Positions 1 to 7,699 of a DNA stretch of 43,705 nt are shown here, one piece after another. The notes under the pieces were generated by a model. That model did no database searches. It was not told the origin of the DNA and worked only from the letters and a program-made list of their open reading frames with translations. The first letter of the stretch is position 1, and each line of letters opens with the position of its first letter. The position numbers were made by a program, and so were the translations under genes. This DNA is from Nitrospirota bacterium (GTDB lineage Bacteria > Nitrospirota > 9FT-COMBO-42-15 > HDB-SIOI813). The stretch spans positions 1 through 43,705 of the forward strand of contig JAHFEQ010000002.1 in the NCBI GenBank assembly GCA_023248395.1. The letters are read 5' to 3'.

Positions 1-804
1 AATGATTCAGCGGATGGTTCTGTTTCGAGGCTGAAGGAAAAGTTTAAAGATATTATCTTCCTTGAGAATAAGGAAAACCTCGGGTTTGCAGGGGGGAATA
101 ATGTGGGGTTTCAGTATGCCCTGCGATATGGCGCAGACTATGTTTTGTTACTGAACAATGACACGATCGTAGATCCTAATCTTCTGGATATACTTGTTAA
201 AGTAGGAGAGGCAGATAAGAGGATCGGGGTTATAGGTCCAAAGATTTATTGTTATCCTGATTCATCGCGGCTGTGGGGAGTCGGCGGGGAGATTGACATG
301 AAACATGGAAAGACATATCACACAGGCTATCACGAAGTAGAACGGGGCCAATGGGACAGGATGAGGGATGTAGATTATGTGAGCGGGTGCGCAATGATGA
401 TAAAGAGGGAAGTATTAGAGAAAGTGGGATTGTTGGACGAGAGGTTCTTTCTATATTATGAGGAGACCGATTTTTGTATGCGTGCTCGAGAAAGTGGGTT
501 CAGGATAGTGTATATGCCGGATGCAAAGATCTGGCACAAGGTCTCAAATACGGTCGGTAGTATAAACGGCCCTGTTTATACCTATTATATGACACGGAAC
601 CGCCTCTTATTCATGCGGATGTATATGGATGAGTCTCAATGGAGACGGTTTATCTTGTATTTTTATTATGAGGGCCTTTTCAGACGGGCGGCCTTCCTTC
701 TGTTTAGGGGCAGAGATCAAAGGAAGAGCCTGAAGGCGTTATGGTCAGGGTGGAGGGATTTTAGAAGAGAAAGATTTTATAAGGGGCCTGAGTGGTTGCA
801 TTAG
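1..804 (+). CDS. Glycosyltransferase family 2 (rhamnosyltransferase-like), 5'-truncated by window edge
   Basis: Frame 1 is open from nt 1 (NDSADGSVSRLKEKF...NLGFAGGNNVGFQYA precedes the ORF-track Met at 103). Motifs NLGFAGGNN, LLLNNDT, DYVSGCAMMIKRE and FFLYYEETDFCMRA are typical of WbbL/RfbF-type GT2 enzymes. Confidence 0.85.
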   Translation, partial: NDSADGSVSRLKEKFKDIIFLENKENLGFAGGNNVGFQYALRYGADYVLLLNNDTIVDPNLLDILVKVGEADKRIGVIGPKIYCYPDSSRLWGVGGEIDMKHGKTYHTGYHEVERGQWDRMRDVDYVSGCAMMIKREVLEKVGLLDERFFLYYEETDFCMRARESGFRIVYMPDAKIWHKVSNTVGSINGPVYTYYMTRNRLLFMRMYMDESQWRRFILYFYYEGLFRRAAFLLFRGRDQRKSLKALWSGWRDFRRERFYKGPEWLH

Positions 805-2072
805 CTATGAGAAAACTACTTCTTGATGTGGCACCGTTTAGGGTGTGTCCACCAGTGGCTGGTGCGCATCATGCTGTATATTATGCCAATGAGGCTCTAT
901 CTGGATATTGGGATATCTTTCTGTTTACAACAGGGTTCAGGAGAGATACGATTAGATTCCTTCCGAGGTCTGAGGAAATTGTGATCAATACTCATTTCAG
1001 GGAATATTCTTTTGCAACAACATCCATTATCCCATTTAGTTTCCTTACACGACAGGGGTCTGGGGTACCACAGATTTATGCCAGCAAGTATCTCTCGTGG
1101 GAAAAACCTCGAATCTTAAGTATGAAGATGAGGGAGTGTGACATTATACAGGTTGAGGCACCATGGCAGGTAGAATATGTGTGCAAAATAAATAGGGGGG
1201 TGAAGCCCCTTGTGTTTATAGCACATAACGTGGAGGGTACCCTGTGGGAGAGGATTAATTCTAATGGAAACAGATCCTATTACAAATCCTGGATAATAGA
1301 TGAGATGGGCCGTCAGGAAAGAGATGCCTTTCATAAGGCAGATGCTGTGATCGCAGTCTCTGATGTGGATCGTGAAAGGATTATAGAGCTTTATGGTGTG
1401 AAAGATGAGAAGGTCTTTTGTATTCCCTGGGGTGTTGATACAGAGAAATATCGTATTCATTCTGAGGAAGATAAGATTGAGGCGAAGAGAGGTCTTGACC
1501 TTTCTAACAAAAGGGTTGTAGTATTCTCAGGGGCTTTGTATGGTCCTAACATCGAGGCGGTAAGGTCTATCTTAGATATGGCCTCACAGATGGATGATAA
1601 TGTAGTTTTTCTGATTGTGGGAAGGGTTGGCGAGGCATTTAAGGGTGTTTCACACCGCAATGTTTTGTTTACAGGGTTTGTTGAAGATCCGGTTAAATAT
1701 TTTACTGCAGCGGATGTGGCCATAAATTCGATGAGCAGCGGCGGCGGGATGCATTTGAAGATGCTGGAGTATCTGGCTTCGGGCCTCCCTGTTGTGACGA
1801 CCGAGGTTGGGGCAAGAGGGCTAAGAAAGCCATGGAAAGATTATCTACTTGTTTCAGATCTAAAGGGATTTCCAGAAGGGGTCAGGTCGCTTCTGCATGA
1901 TCAAGGTGCGCGTGAATATTTTAGCAAACGTGGTAGGGAAGTGGTGGAAGAGTTTTATACGTGGGACAAGGTGGCGAGGGAGAGGATGAAGGTGTATGAG
2001 ATGTTGCTCAAGGGAGAAAAGGGTCCGGTGAGCTTGGCATCCCGGGGGGCAACCCATGGGCGCCATGCTTAA
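792..2072 (+). CDS. Glycosyltransferase family 4 (GT-B fold)
   Basis: C-terminal GT-B signature GGGMHLKMLEYLASGLPVVTTEVGARGL, plus VVFSGALYGPN. The start is ambiguous: GTG 792 (AAGGGG 5 nt upstream) or ATG 807. Confidence 0.8.
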   Translation: MVALAMRKLLLDVAPFRVCPPVAGAHHAVYYANEALSGYWDIFLFTTGFRRDTIRFLPRSEEIVINTHFREYSFATTSIIPFSFLTRQGSGVPQIYASKYLSWEKPRILSMKMRECDIIQVEAPWQVEYVCKINRGVKPLVFIAHNVEGTLWERINSNGNRSYYKSWIIDEMGRQERDAFHKADAVIAVSDVDRERIIELYGVKDEKVFCIPWGVDTEKYRIHSEEDKIEAKRGLDLSNKRVVVFSGALYGPNIEAVRSILDMASQMDDNVVFLIVGRVGEAFKGVSHRNVLFTGFVEDPVKYFTAADVAINSMSSGGGMHLKMLEYLASGLPVVTTEVGARGLRKPWKDYLLVSDLKGFPEGVRSLLHDQGAREYFSKRGREVVEEFYTWDKVARERMKVYEMLLKGEKGPVSLASRGATHGRHA

Positions 2073-2078
2073 TGCATC

Positions 2079-2105
2079 GGGAAGCGCAATGAATTGGGCA
2101 ACTAC
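2079..2105. repeat. 27-nt direct repeat, copy 1 (GGGAAGCGCAATGAATTGGGCAACTAC)
   Basis: Matches 2540-2566 at 24/27 positions. The last 14 nt, AATTGGGCAACTAC, are identical. Contains half-site ATTGGGCAA. Confidence 0.8.
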
Positions 2106-2198
2106 AGGCGGTATTATTTTTTATGCAACTTGCGCTGGTATCTTATGACAAGGAAGAGAGCAATAAGGCTTACTATTAGCAAGAAAGTAAAGTATATT

Positions 2199-2405
2199 TC
2201 AATGTCTGACATTTTCATTTACCTCCAATCTATCCAACAAAAATCCAACGACAAGGAGTATAAGAGCAATTACAACTCCTATCCACAGGGTCTTAAAGGA
2301 AAATTTATCAGAAAGAACATTTCCCAAAACTGGAAGGCCTATCATCAACTTGATGATATCATAACAAAGCTTAGACATGTTGTCTATTTGTTTCTTGTTC
2401 ATCAT
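2199..2405 (-). CDS. Hypothetical small membrane protein (68 aa)
   Basis: ORF in an AT-rich stretch with one clear hydrophobic helix (LWIGVVIALILLVVGFLL). No Shine-Dalgarno sequence seen and no recognisable family. An antisense 114-aa ORF looks like junk. Confidence 0.25.
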   Translation of the reverse strand: MMNKKQIDNMSKLCYDIIKLMIGLPVLGNVLSDKFSFKTLWIGVVIALILLVVGFLLDRLEVNENVRH

Positions 2406-2539
2406 GTGGATATTAGGAGAGCAATGGGCGTGCCATAGGGTTGGAGAAGGCGGAACACGTTGATAAGCCTCATGCTGCTAAGATTATACGTAGATTGCGC
2501 GGGAAGTAATTACACAGGTTTTTGTGCGGGATGGAGGCG

Positions 2540-2566
2540 GGGAAGCCCGATAAATTGGGCAACTAC
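2540..2566. repeat. 27-nt direct repeat, copy 2 (GGGAAGCCCGATAAATTGGGCAACTAC)
   Basis: See copy 1. A third, weaker copy lies at about 4329-4351 (GGCCCCATAAATGGGGCAACTGC). Confidence 0.8.
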
Positions 2567-2722
2567 CTGAGGGGCAAAGGTAACTAGATGTATCGCGTAT
2601 CCCGCTCCAAGCTCCATGCTGGGTATTAGGCTTTAGCCTAAAATGATGCCAATGAGGCCTAATTTCACGCCATTGCTTATTGGCATATATATCGTCACTT
2701 ATTATTATAAATGACGACAGAC

Positions 2723-2854
2723 ATGACACCATATTATCAGGAAAATAAGCATCCTTATCTTGAGCGGACATTGAATCTGAATGCTCTGCTTGATAAAAAA
2801 TCACATTTTTTGTTAGGCCCCAGGCAAACCGGTAAAAGTTTTTTTTACTTATAG
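2723..2854 (+). pseudogene. N-terminal stub of a P-loop ATPase (AAA_14/DUF4143-type)
   Basis: The 43 codons read MTPYYQENKHPYLERTLNLNALLDKKSHFLLGPRQTGKS-FFYL-stop. LLGPRQxGKS is the Walker A region of ~400-aa ATPases of this type. The reading frame ends just after a T8 tract (2839-2846). Confidence 0.5.
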
Positions 2855-3070
2855 CAAAAATAATGTTTTTAATCTATACGCAACCTGGAAGTTCTACTAT
2901 TGGCATAGGGATATTGTCAAAATAGGAGTCAGTGCTCAGAATATGACGGATGTTATGATTCAAATCCCATTTTTCCCAGTCTTCGGGAACAGGGGTGGGG
3001 ATTCCCTGGCAAGTTTCAGGAGAGAATTTAAGGTATGTTTCCTCTACGGCGTCCCGGATAAGATGGCATT

Positions 3071-4291
3071 GTGACTAAGCTCCTTATCATAACCATGTCA
3101 TTCCCATATCCCCTGAGGGCCGGTGGGAAGATTAGGGTTTATAACCTGATCAAGCAGCTCTCAAAGGAATATAGCATTACACTGCTTTCATTAGTTACGG
3201 CTGACGAGAAAAGATTTGTCCCTGAATTAGAAAAGTTCTGTAAGCGAGTGGAGACTGTGCCACTCGCAGAGAGAGGGATACATAGCCTTCTGCATCGTCT
3301 TCGGTGTTTAGTCTCGATGGGAATGGGGATGCCTGCAGAGATGGCTTTGAAGGCGTATCCGGCACTCGACCGGATGTTGAACAGGGTCCTTTCCGAGGAG
3401 AGATTTGATCTTATTCAGGTCGAACATGTTCAGACGCTTCCCTATGTACTGGGTAGACTGGAGGATATTAACGGGAATGTTTTATGGGTGGAACATGAGG
3501 TCCTGCATCAGCGTTTGTTCAAGCGCTCAGAAGCGAGCAAGGGATTTTGGCGCTGGTTCTGGCGCAGAGAGGCACACCTTACACGCGAGTATGAGGCAGC
3601 TTCAGCGCGAAGAGTTCAGAATGCGATTGTGGTGTCGAAGGAGGAAGCGGTATGCCTGTGCTCCTGGAATCCAAACCTGAATATCGCTGTGATTCCGAAT
3701 GGAGTCGATGTGGCTTACTACGATGCTATACATGTAGAGCGGGAACCCAAGAGCATTATTTTTACGGGCTGGATGCGCCATTTTCCAAACTTTAATGCCG
3801 CTAATTTTCTATTGAAAGAGATTATGCCGTTGATTATACAGAAGATGCCGGATGTGCGGCTTTATTTGGTGGGGGATGCCATTCCAGATAAAATCCGTTT
3901 CCTGGCAGAGAAAATTCCGCAGGTCTTTTTAACTGGGTTTGTGGATGATATCCGTCCTTTTGTGAAACGTGCTTCTGTGGCCATTGTCCCACTACGGATT
4001 GGCGGAGGGACGCACCTGAAGGTACTTGAGGCAATGGCGTGCAGGACACTGGTGGTAACGACATCTGTCGGAGCAGAGGGTCTCCCTCTGAGGCACGGAC
4101 AGCATGCCTGGATTTCACAGGATGCCAAGGGGTTGGCAGAGGGGGTAATTCGTTTGCTGAGAGATATGGAGTTGAGATCAACGATGATTACAGAGGCCCG
4201 TAGCCTTGTGGAAAAGGAGTACGACTGGGCCGTTATTGCTGCAGAACAAATGGCATTCTACAGAGATATTTTGAAAAGGCATGGGCAGTAA
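3071..4291 (+). CDS. Glycosyltransferase family 4 (GT-B fold)
   Basis: GTG start. N-terminus ITMSFPYPLRAGGKIRVYNL and C-terminus GGGTHLKVLEAMACRTLVVTTSVGAEGL are typical of GT4. Confidence 0.85.
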   Translation: MTKLLIITMSFPYPLRAGGKIRVYNLIKQLSKEYSITLLSLVTADEKRFVPELEKFCKRVETVPLAERGIHSLLHRLRCLVSMGMGMPAEMALKAYPALDRMLNRVLSEERFDLIQVEHVQTLPYVLGRLEDINGNVLWVEHEVLHQRLFKRSEASKGFWRWFWRREAHLTREYEAASARRVQNAIVVSKEEAVCLCSWNPNLNIAVIPNGVDVAYYDAIHVEREPKSIIFTGWMRHFPNFNAANFLLKEIMPLIIQKMPDVRLYLVGDAIPDKIRFLAEKIPQVFLTGFVDDIRPFVKRASVAIVPLRIGGGTHLKVLEAMACRTLVVTTSVGAEGLPLRHGQHAWISQDAKGLAEGVIRLLRDMELRSTMITEARSLVEKEYDWAVIAAEQMAFYRDILKRHGQ

Positions 4292-4311
4292 TTGCCCAAT
4301 TCATTGGGCAA
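4292..4311. promoter_or_regulatory. Perfect 20-bp palindrome TTGCCCAAT-TC-ATTGGGCAA (candidate operator)
   Basis: Read directly from the sequence. It starts right after the GT4 stop codon (4289-4291) and lies about 50 nt upstream of the regulator ATG at 4365. The half-site recurs at 2093-2101 and 2554-2562, and as ATGGGGCAA at 4339-4347. Confidence 0.55.
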
Positions 4312-4364
4312 GATGGATGGATGATGATGGCCCCATAAATGGGGCAACTGCGGAGAATGGCATC

Positions 4365-4946
4365 ATGGACGACAAATCATTAAAGACACTTGAAATCTTA
4401 GAAGAGCTTTCCAGCAATGGTCAGGTGACGCAGCGGGAGTTGAGTCACAAGGTAGGAATTGCCCTCGGTTTGGCCAACTTTTATATTAAGCGTTTGGTCC
4501 AGAAGGGGTATGTGGAGGTGATATATCTTGAGAAGAACAGACTTGGATATCTCATAACCCCGCAGGGGATTACTGAGAAGACGCGGTTAACCTACCACTA
4601 TATCCAGCGGTCATACCAGTATGTCAGGAAGGTGCGTATTCAGATACGTGAGAGGCTGCGGGAGCTTGCCAAAGAAGGTGTGGGGACCGTTGTCATTTAT
4701 GGCGGAGGAGATATCGCAGAAGTGGCCTATCTGGCTCTTCAGGAGGTTGGGATCAAGCTGGCTGGTGTCGTGGATGAGTCACGTGCAGGAAGACCTTTTC
4801 TTGGTTATATGATATTACCTGTGAGTTCCATTCCGCAATTGTCGTTTGACAGGGTTATTGTTACAGAACCTATTGCAATACAGGACGTGGGGAACCTGTT
4901 TCAGGAATGTGGGATTGGGGAGGATAAACTGGTGCACATGGAGTAG
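4365..4946 (+). CDS. Winged-helix (MarR/EPS-associated-like) transcriptional regulator with C-terminal Rossmann-like domain
   Basis: The likely start is ATG 4365, with GGAG about 10 nt upstream; the ORF-track start at 4281 would overlap the GT4 gene. N-terminal wHTH: LEILEELSSNGQVTQRELSHKVGIALGLANFYIKRLVQKGYV. C-terminal VVIYGGGDIAEVAYL matches GxGxxA, followed by AGVVDE...DRVIVTE. Confidence 0.7.
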   Translation: MDDKSLKTLEILEELSSNGQVTQRELSHKVGIALGLANFYIKRLVQKGYVEVIYLEKNRLGYLITPQGITEKTRLTYHYIQRSYQYVRKVRIQIRERLRELAKEGVGTVVIYGGGDIAEVAYLALQEVGIKLAGVVDESRAGRPFLGYMILPVSSIPQLSFDRVIVTEPIAIQDVGNLFQECGIGEDKLVHME

Positions 4947-4962
4947 CGGGGGATAACTCCCG

Positions 4963-4991
4963 TTGATAAACTATAGTCTCTTTGATATGAT
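4963..4991 (+). promoter_or_regulatory. Putative sigma70-type promoter of the rml operon (TTGATA-17-TATGAT)
   Basis: -35 TTGATA at 4963-4968, a 17-nt spacer, and -10 TATGAT at 4986-4991, about 55 nt upstream of the rmlA ATG. Confidence 0.5.
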
Positions 4992-5044
4992 GCAAACAAT
5001 TGCTTCATAAAATAGAAAAGTGAATTAAAGAGGGGGAGACGGAT

Positions 5045-6124
5045 ATGAAGGCATTGATTACAAGCGGCGGGAAGGGGACGAGGCTCAGGCCGATTACCCA
5101 CACGAGCAATAAACACCTGATCCCTATTGCCAATAAGCCGATGATCCACTATGCCATAGAGGCAGTGGCTGGGGCAGGGATTAAGGATATCGGGATTGTC
5201 TACAATCCGGACACCGGGAATGAGATCAGGAATGCCCTGGGCAGCGGGAGCCACTGGGATGTCCGGTTTGCTTACATCCTCCAGGAGTCGCCGATGGGGC
5301 TTGCCCATGTGGTCAAGGTGTCGCAGGACTTTATTGGCGGGGATTCCTTCGTCTTCTATTTGGGCGATAATGTCGTGGTAGGGGGGATTAAGCGGTTTAT
5401 AGAGGACTTTTTGAGAGATGGTTCTAATTGTCATCTGGTCCTGTCGAAGGTTCACGATCCGGAACGGTTTGGTGTGGCAGAGATTAGGGATGGTAAGATC
5501 ATCGGGGTTGAGGAGAAGCCAAAGAAGCCCAGGAGTCAATATGCGGTTACAGGGATATATCTGTATGATTCTTCGATTTTTGAGGCGGTCAACAATATAA
5601 AGCCGAGTCCCAGGGGTGAGCTTGAGATATCCGATGCCCATCACTATCTGATCAGGAAGGGATACAGGGTGGGCTATTCAGAGATCACTGGATGGTGGAA
5701 GGATACTGGAAAACCTGAAGATCTGCTTGAAGCAAACAGGCTGACCTTGGACAGGATCATTGGAGACCACGAGCCGGTTATCAACGGGAGTGTAGACGAT
5801 GCTTCTGATATTGCAGGGAAGGTGATCATCGGAAAGGGGGCAAAGATTATCAGGAGCAGCATCAGAGGGCCGGTGATCATCGGGGAGAATACAATCATCG
5901 AAAATAGTTATATAGGCCCCTTTACCTCTATAGACTATGACTGTCATATCAAGAATAGCGAAGTGGAGTATAGTATTATCCTCGAGAAGTGTAAGATCAT
6001 TGATGCAGATATCCGGATTGAGAGGAGTCTCCTGGGGAGGGAGGCCGAGATTGTCAAGTGTCACTCGAGGCCGAAGACACAGAAGTTTATCATCGGAGAC
6101 CAGAGCATCGTAGAGCTGGTGTAG
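5045..6124 (+). CDS. rmlA: Glucose-1-phosphate thymidylyltransferase, long form (nucleotidyltransferase plus left-handed beta-helix)
   Basis: MKALITSGGKGTRLRPITHTSNKHLIPIANKPMI pyrophosphorylase signature. The C-terminal hexapeptide-repeat region is isoleucine-rich with periodicity. Strong RBS AGAGGGGGAG upstream. Confidence 0.85.
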   Translation: MKALITSGGKGTRLRPITHTSNKHLIPIANKPMIHYAIEAVAGAGIKDIGIVYNPDTGNEIRNALGSGSHWDVRFAYILQESPMGLAHVVKVSQDFIGGDSFVFYLGDNVVVGGIKRFIEDFLRDGSNCHLVLSKVHDPERFGVAEIRDGKIIGVEEKPKKPRSQYAVTGIYLYDSSIFEAVNNIKPSPRGELEISDAHHYLIRKGYRVGYSEITGWWKDTGKPEDLLEANRLTLDRIIGDHEPVINGSVDDASDIAGKVIIGKGAKIIRSSIRGPVIIGENTIIENSYIGPFTSIDYDCHIKNSEVEYSIILEKCKIIDADIRIERSLLGREAEIVKCHSRPKTQKFIIGDQSIVELV

Positions 6125-6164
6125 TTGCCTGATTTATCAGGCTTCAAGGACGAGGGTTAACGGT

Positions 6165-7577
6165 ATGGCACTACTTGGAAAATTGTTCAGTGGTCACAAA
6201 AGGCATAGGCGGGCCTTGATTATCGGCCTTGACGGTGTCCCCTATACCTTGATGAAGAGGTTTGTGGAAGAGGGGATCATGCCCAATACGGCAGCGCTGA
6301 TCAGGACAGGTACGCTAAGCCGTATGACGACATCCCTTCCAGAGGTATCCTCTGTTGCCTGGACGACCTTTATGACAGGGGTTAATCCAGGGAGGCATGG
6401 CATCTATGGATTCATGGACCTGCGGCCCAGGACCTATGAGATATTCTTTCCGGACTTTAAGTTCGTCAAGGCTGAGACCTTGTGGGAGTTTATCGGCAAA
6501 TCTGGAAAACGGTCGATTGTGGTTAATGTCCCTTCCACCTATCCTGCACGGGAGCTAAACGGTATCCTGATATCCGGGTTTGTGGCGATCGACCTGAAAA
6601 AGGCCACCTATCCGCAGTCCTTTGTTCCCCTATTAGAGCAGATGGGATACCGGCTCGATGTGGATGCCAACAAGGCAAGGGAATCTATGGACCTGTTTGC
6701 CGAGGATTTAAGAGTAACCTTAAGAAAGAGGGAAGAGGCCCTTCTGCATCTTATTGAAAAGGAGGAGTGGGACCTTTTCATTGCGACGATCGCTGAGACG
6801 GACAGACTGCATCATTTTCTCTGGGCGGCCTCGGATAATTCGGCGCACCCCTATCACGGATTTTTTATCGAGATATACAAATGGATCGACAGGATCATTG
6901 GAGAGCTCTATGCGAGGGTCGATAAGGAGACTGCTGTATTCATGGTATCAGATCATGGGTTTACCCATATCAAGAAAGAGGTCTATATCAACAAATGGCT
7001 TGAACAGGAGGGGTATCTTCGATTCGATAAGACCCCCCCTGAATCTTACAGGGATATCAGTGAAGGGACGAGGGCCTTTAATCTCGACCCTGCGAGGATC
7101 TACATCAATCTCAAAGGCAAATATCCAAAAGGGTGTGTGAATCCCGGCGAAGAGTATGATGCACTTCGGGAAGAGATCAAGGCAAGGTTGGCTGATCTTC
7201 GGGTAGATGGCGAGGCTGTGGTGAAGAAGGTCTATTATAAAGAGGAGATCTTCAACGGCCCGGAGTTTGATTCTGCCCCTGATATCGTTGTTCTCTCCAA
7301 TTATGGATTTGATCTGAAGGGGGCGATCAATAGGAGTGCCGTAACAGGAGGGAAGAGTATCTTTACAGGGATGCATACCCAGAACGACGCGCTCTTCTTT
7401 ACAAGTAAAAGAGCTACCATAATGTCCTCCCCGCTTGAGGAGGGGGAGGGAAGAGAGGATGTGCTCCCCTTTGAGGAGGGAGGGGAGGGGGTGAACATAG
7501 TGGACGTAATGCCGACTGTCCTCGCGGCTATGAACATTGAGCCGGTTCCAGGATTGGACGGCAGGGTAGTCACGTAG
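6165..7577 (+). CDS. Alkaline-phosphatase-superfamily protein (type I phosphodiesterase/nucleotide pyrophosphatase-like)
   Basis: LIIGLDGVPYTL (metal-binding Asp region), TSLPEVSSVAWTTFMTG, and FMVSDHGF (DHG metal motif). Confidence 0.75.
   Translation: MALLGKLFSGHKRHRRALIIGLDGVPYTLMKRFVEEGIMPNTAALIRTGTLSRMTTSLPEVSSVAWTTFMTGVNPGRHGIYGFMDLRPRTYEIFFPDFKFVKAETLWEFIGKSGKRSIVVNVPSTYPARELNGILISGFVAIDLKKATYPQSFVPLLEQMGYRLDVDANKARESMDLFAEDLRVTLRKREEALLHLIEKEEWDLFIATIAETDRLHHFLWAASDNSAHPYHGFFIEIYKWIDRIIGELYARVDKETAVFMVSDHGFTHIKKEVYINKWLEQEGYLRFDKTPPESYRDISEGTRAFNLDPARIYINLKGKYPKGCVNPGEEYDALREEIKARLADLRVDGEAVVKKVYYKEEIFNGPEFDSAPDIVVLSNYGFDLKGAINRSAVTGGKSIFTGMHTQNDALFFTSKRATIMSSPLEEGEGREDVLPFEEGGEGVNIVDVMPTVLAAMNIEPVPGLDGRVVT
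7426..7487. repeat. Tandem C-rich/G-rich hairpin pair inside a CDS (family B-like)
   Basis: CCTCCCC(7426-7432)/GGGGAGG(7443-7449) and CTCCCC(7464-7469)/GGGGAG(7482-7487). Resembles CCCTCCCC-TTGAA-GGGGAGGG at 43022-43042. Encodes SPLEEGEGREDVLPFEEGGEG. Confidence 0.55.
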
Positions 7578-7600
7578 ACTGTCTCATCCGTAGAGCCAGT

Positions 7601-7645
7601 GGGGACACCATACTTTATTCCAGTTGAATTAAGTATGGTGTCCCC
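7601..7645. other. Perfect 15-bp-stem hairpin (GGGGACACCATACTT / AAGTATGGTGTCCCC, 15-nt loop)
   Basis: Read directly from the sequence. Intergenic, between the AP-family gene and rmlC. No U-tract follows it. Confidence 0.8.
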
Positions 7646-7699
7646 TGAAAGCAGAACGTTCGCTCCGCTCAGAATGACAGGCACTATGAATGGTTTTCT

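Noticed and set aside
2107-2114. GGCGGTAT resembling the RfaH ops/JUMPstart core GGCGGTAG, downstream of a glycan gene.
   Set aside because: It has one mismatch in a short motif and sits after rather than ahead of the operon. There is no evidence for RfaH in this lineage, so a chance match is likely.
2089-2148. 19-codon ORF MNWATTGGIIFYATCAGIL starting inside the first 27-nt direct repeat.
   Set aside because: No SD is present and the peptide is very short. The second repeat copy does not preserve the reading frame (NWATT-stop), so the repeat is more likely a DNA or RNA signal than a coding sequence.
4313-4330. Microsatellite-like (ATGG)2(ATG)3 tract upstream of the regulator gene as a possible phase-variation site.
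   Set aside because: There are too few repeat units for efficient slipped-strand mispairing. It is probably incidental sequence between the palindrome and the half-site.
6168-6190. TGGCAC-containing stretch as a sigma54 -24/-12 promoter.
   Set aside because: The downstream TTGC(A/T) element at the required spacing is absent, and the site is inside the CDS start region.
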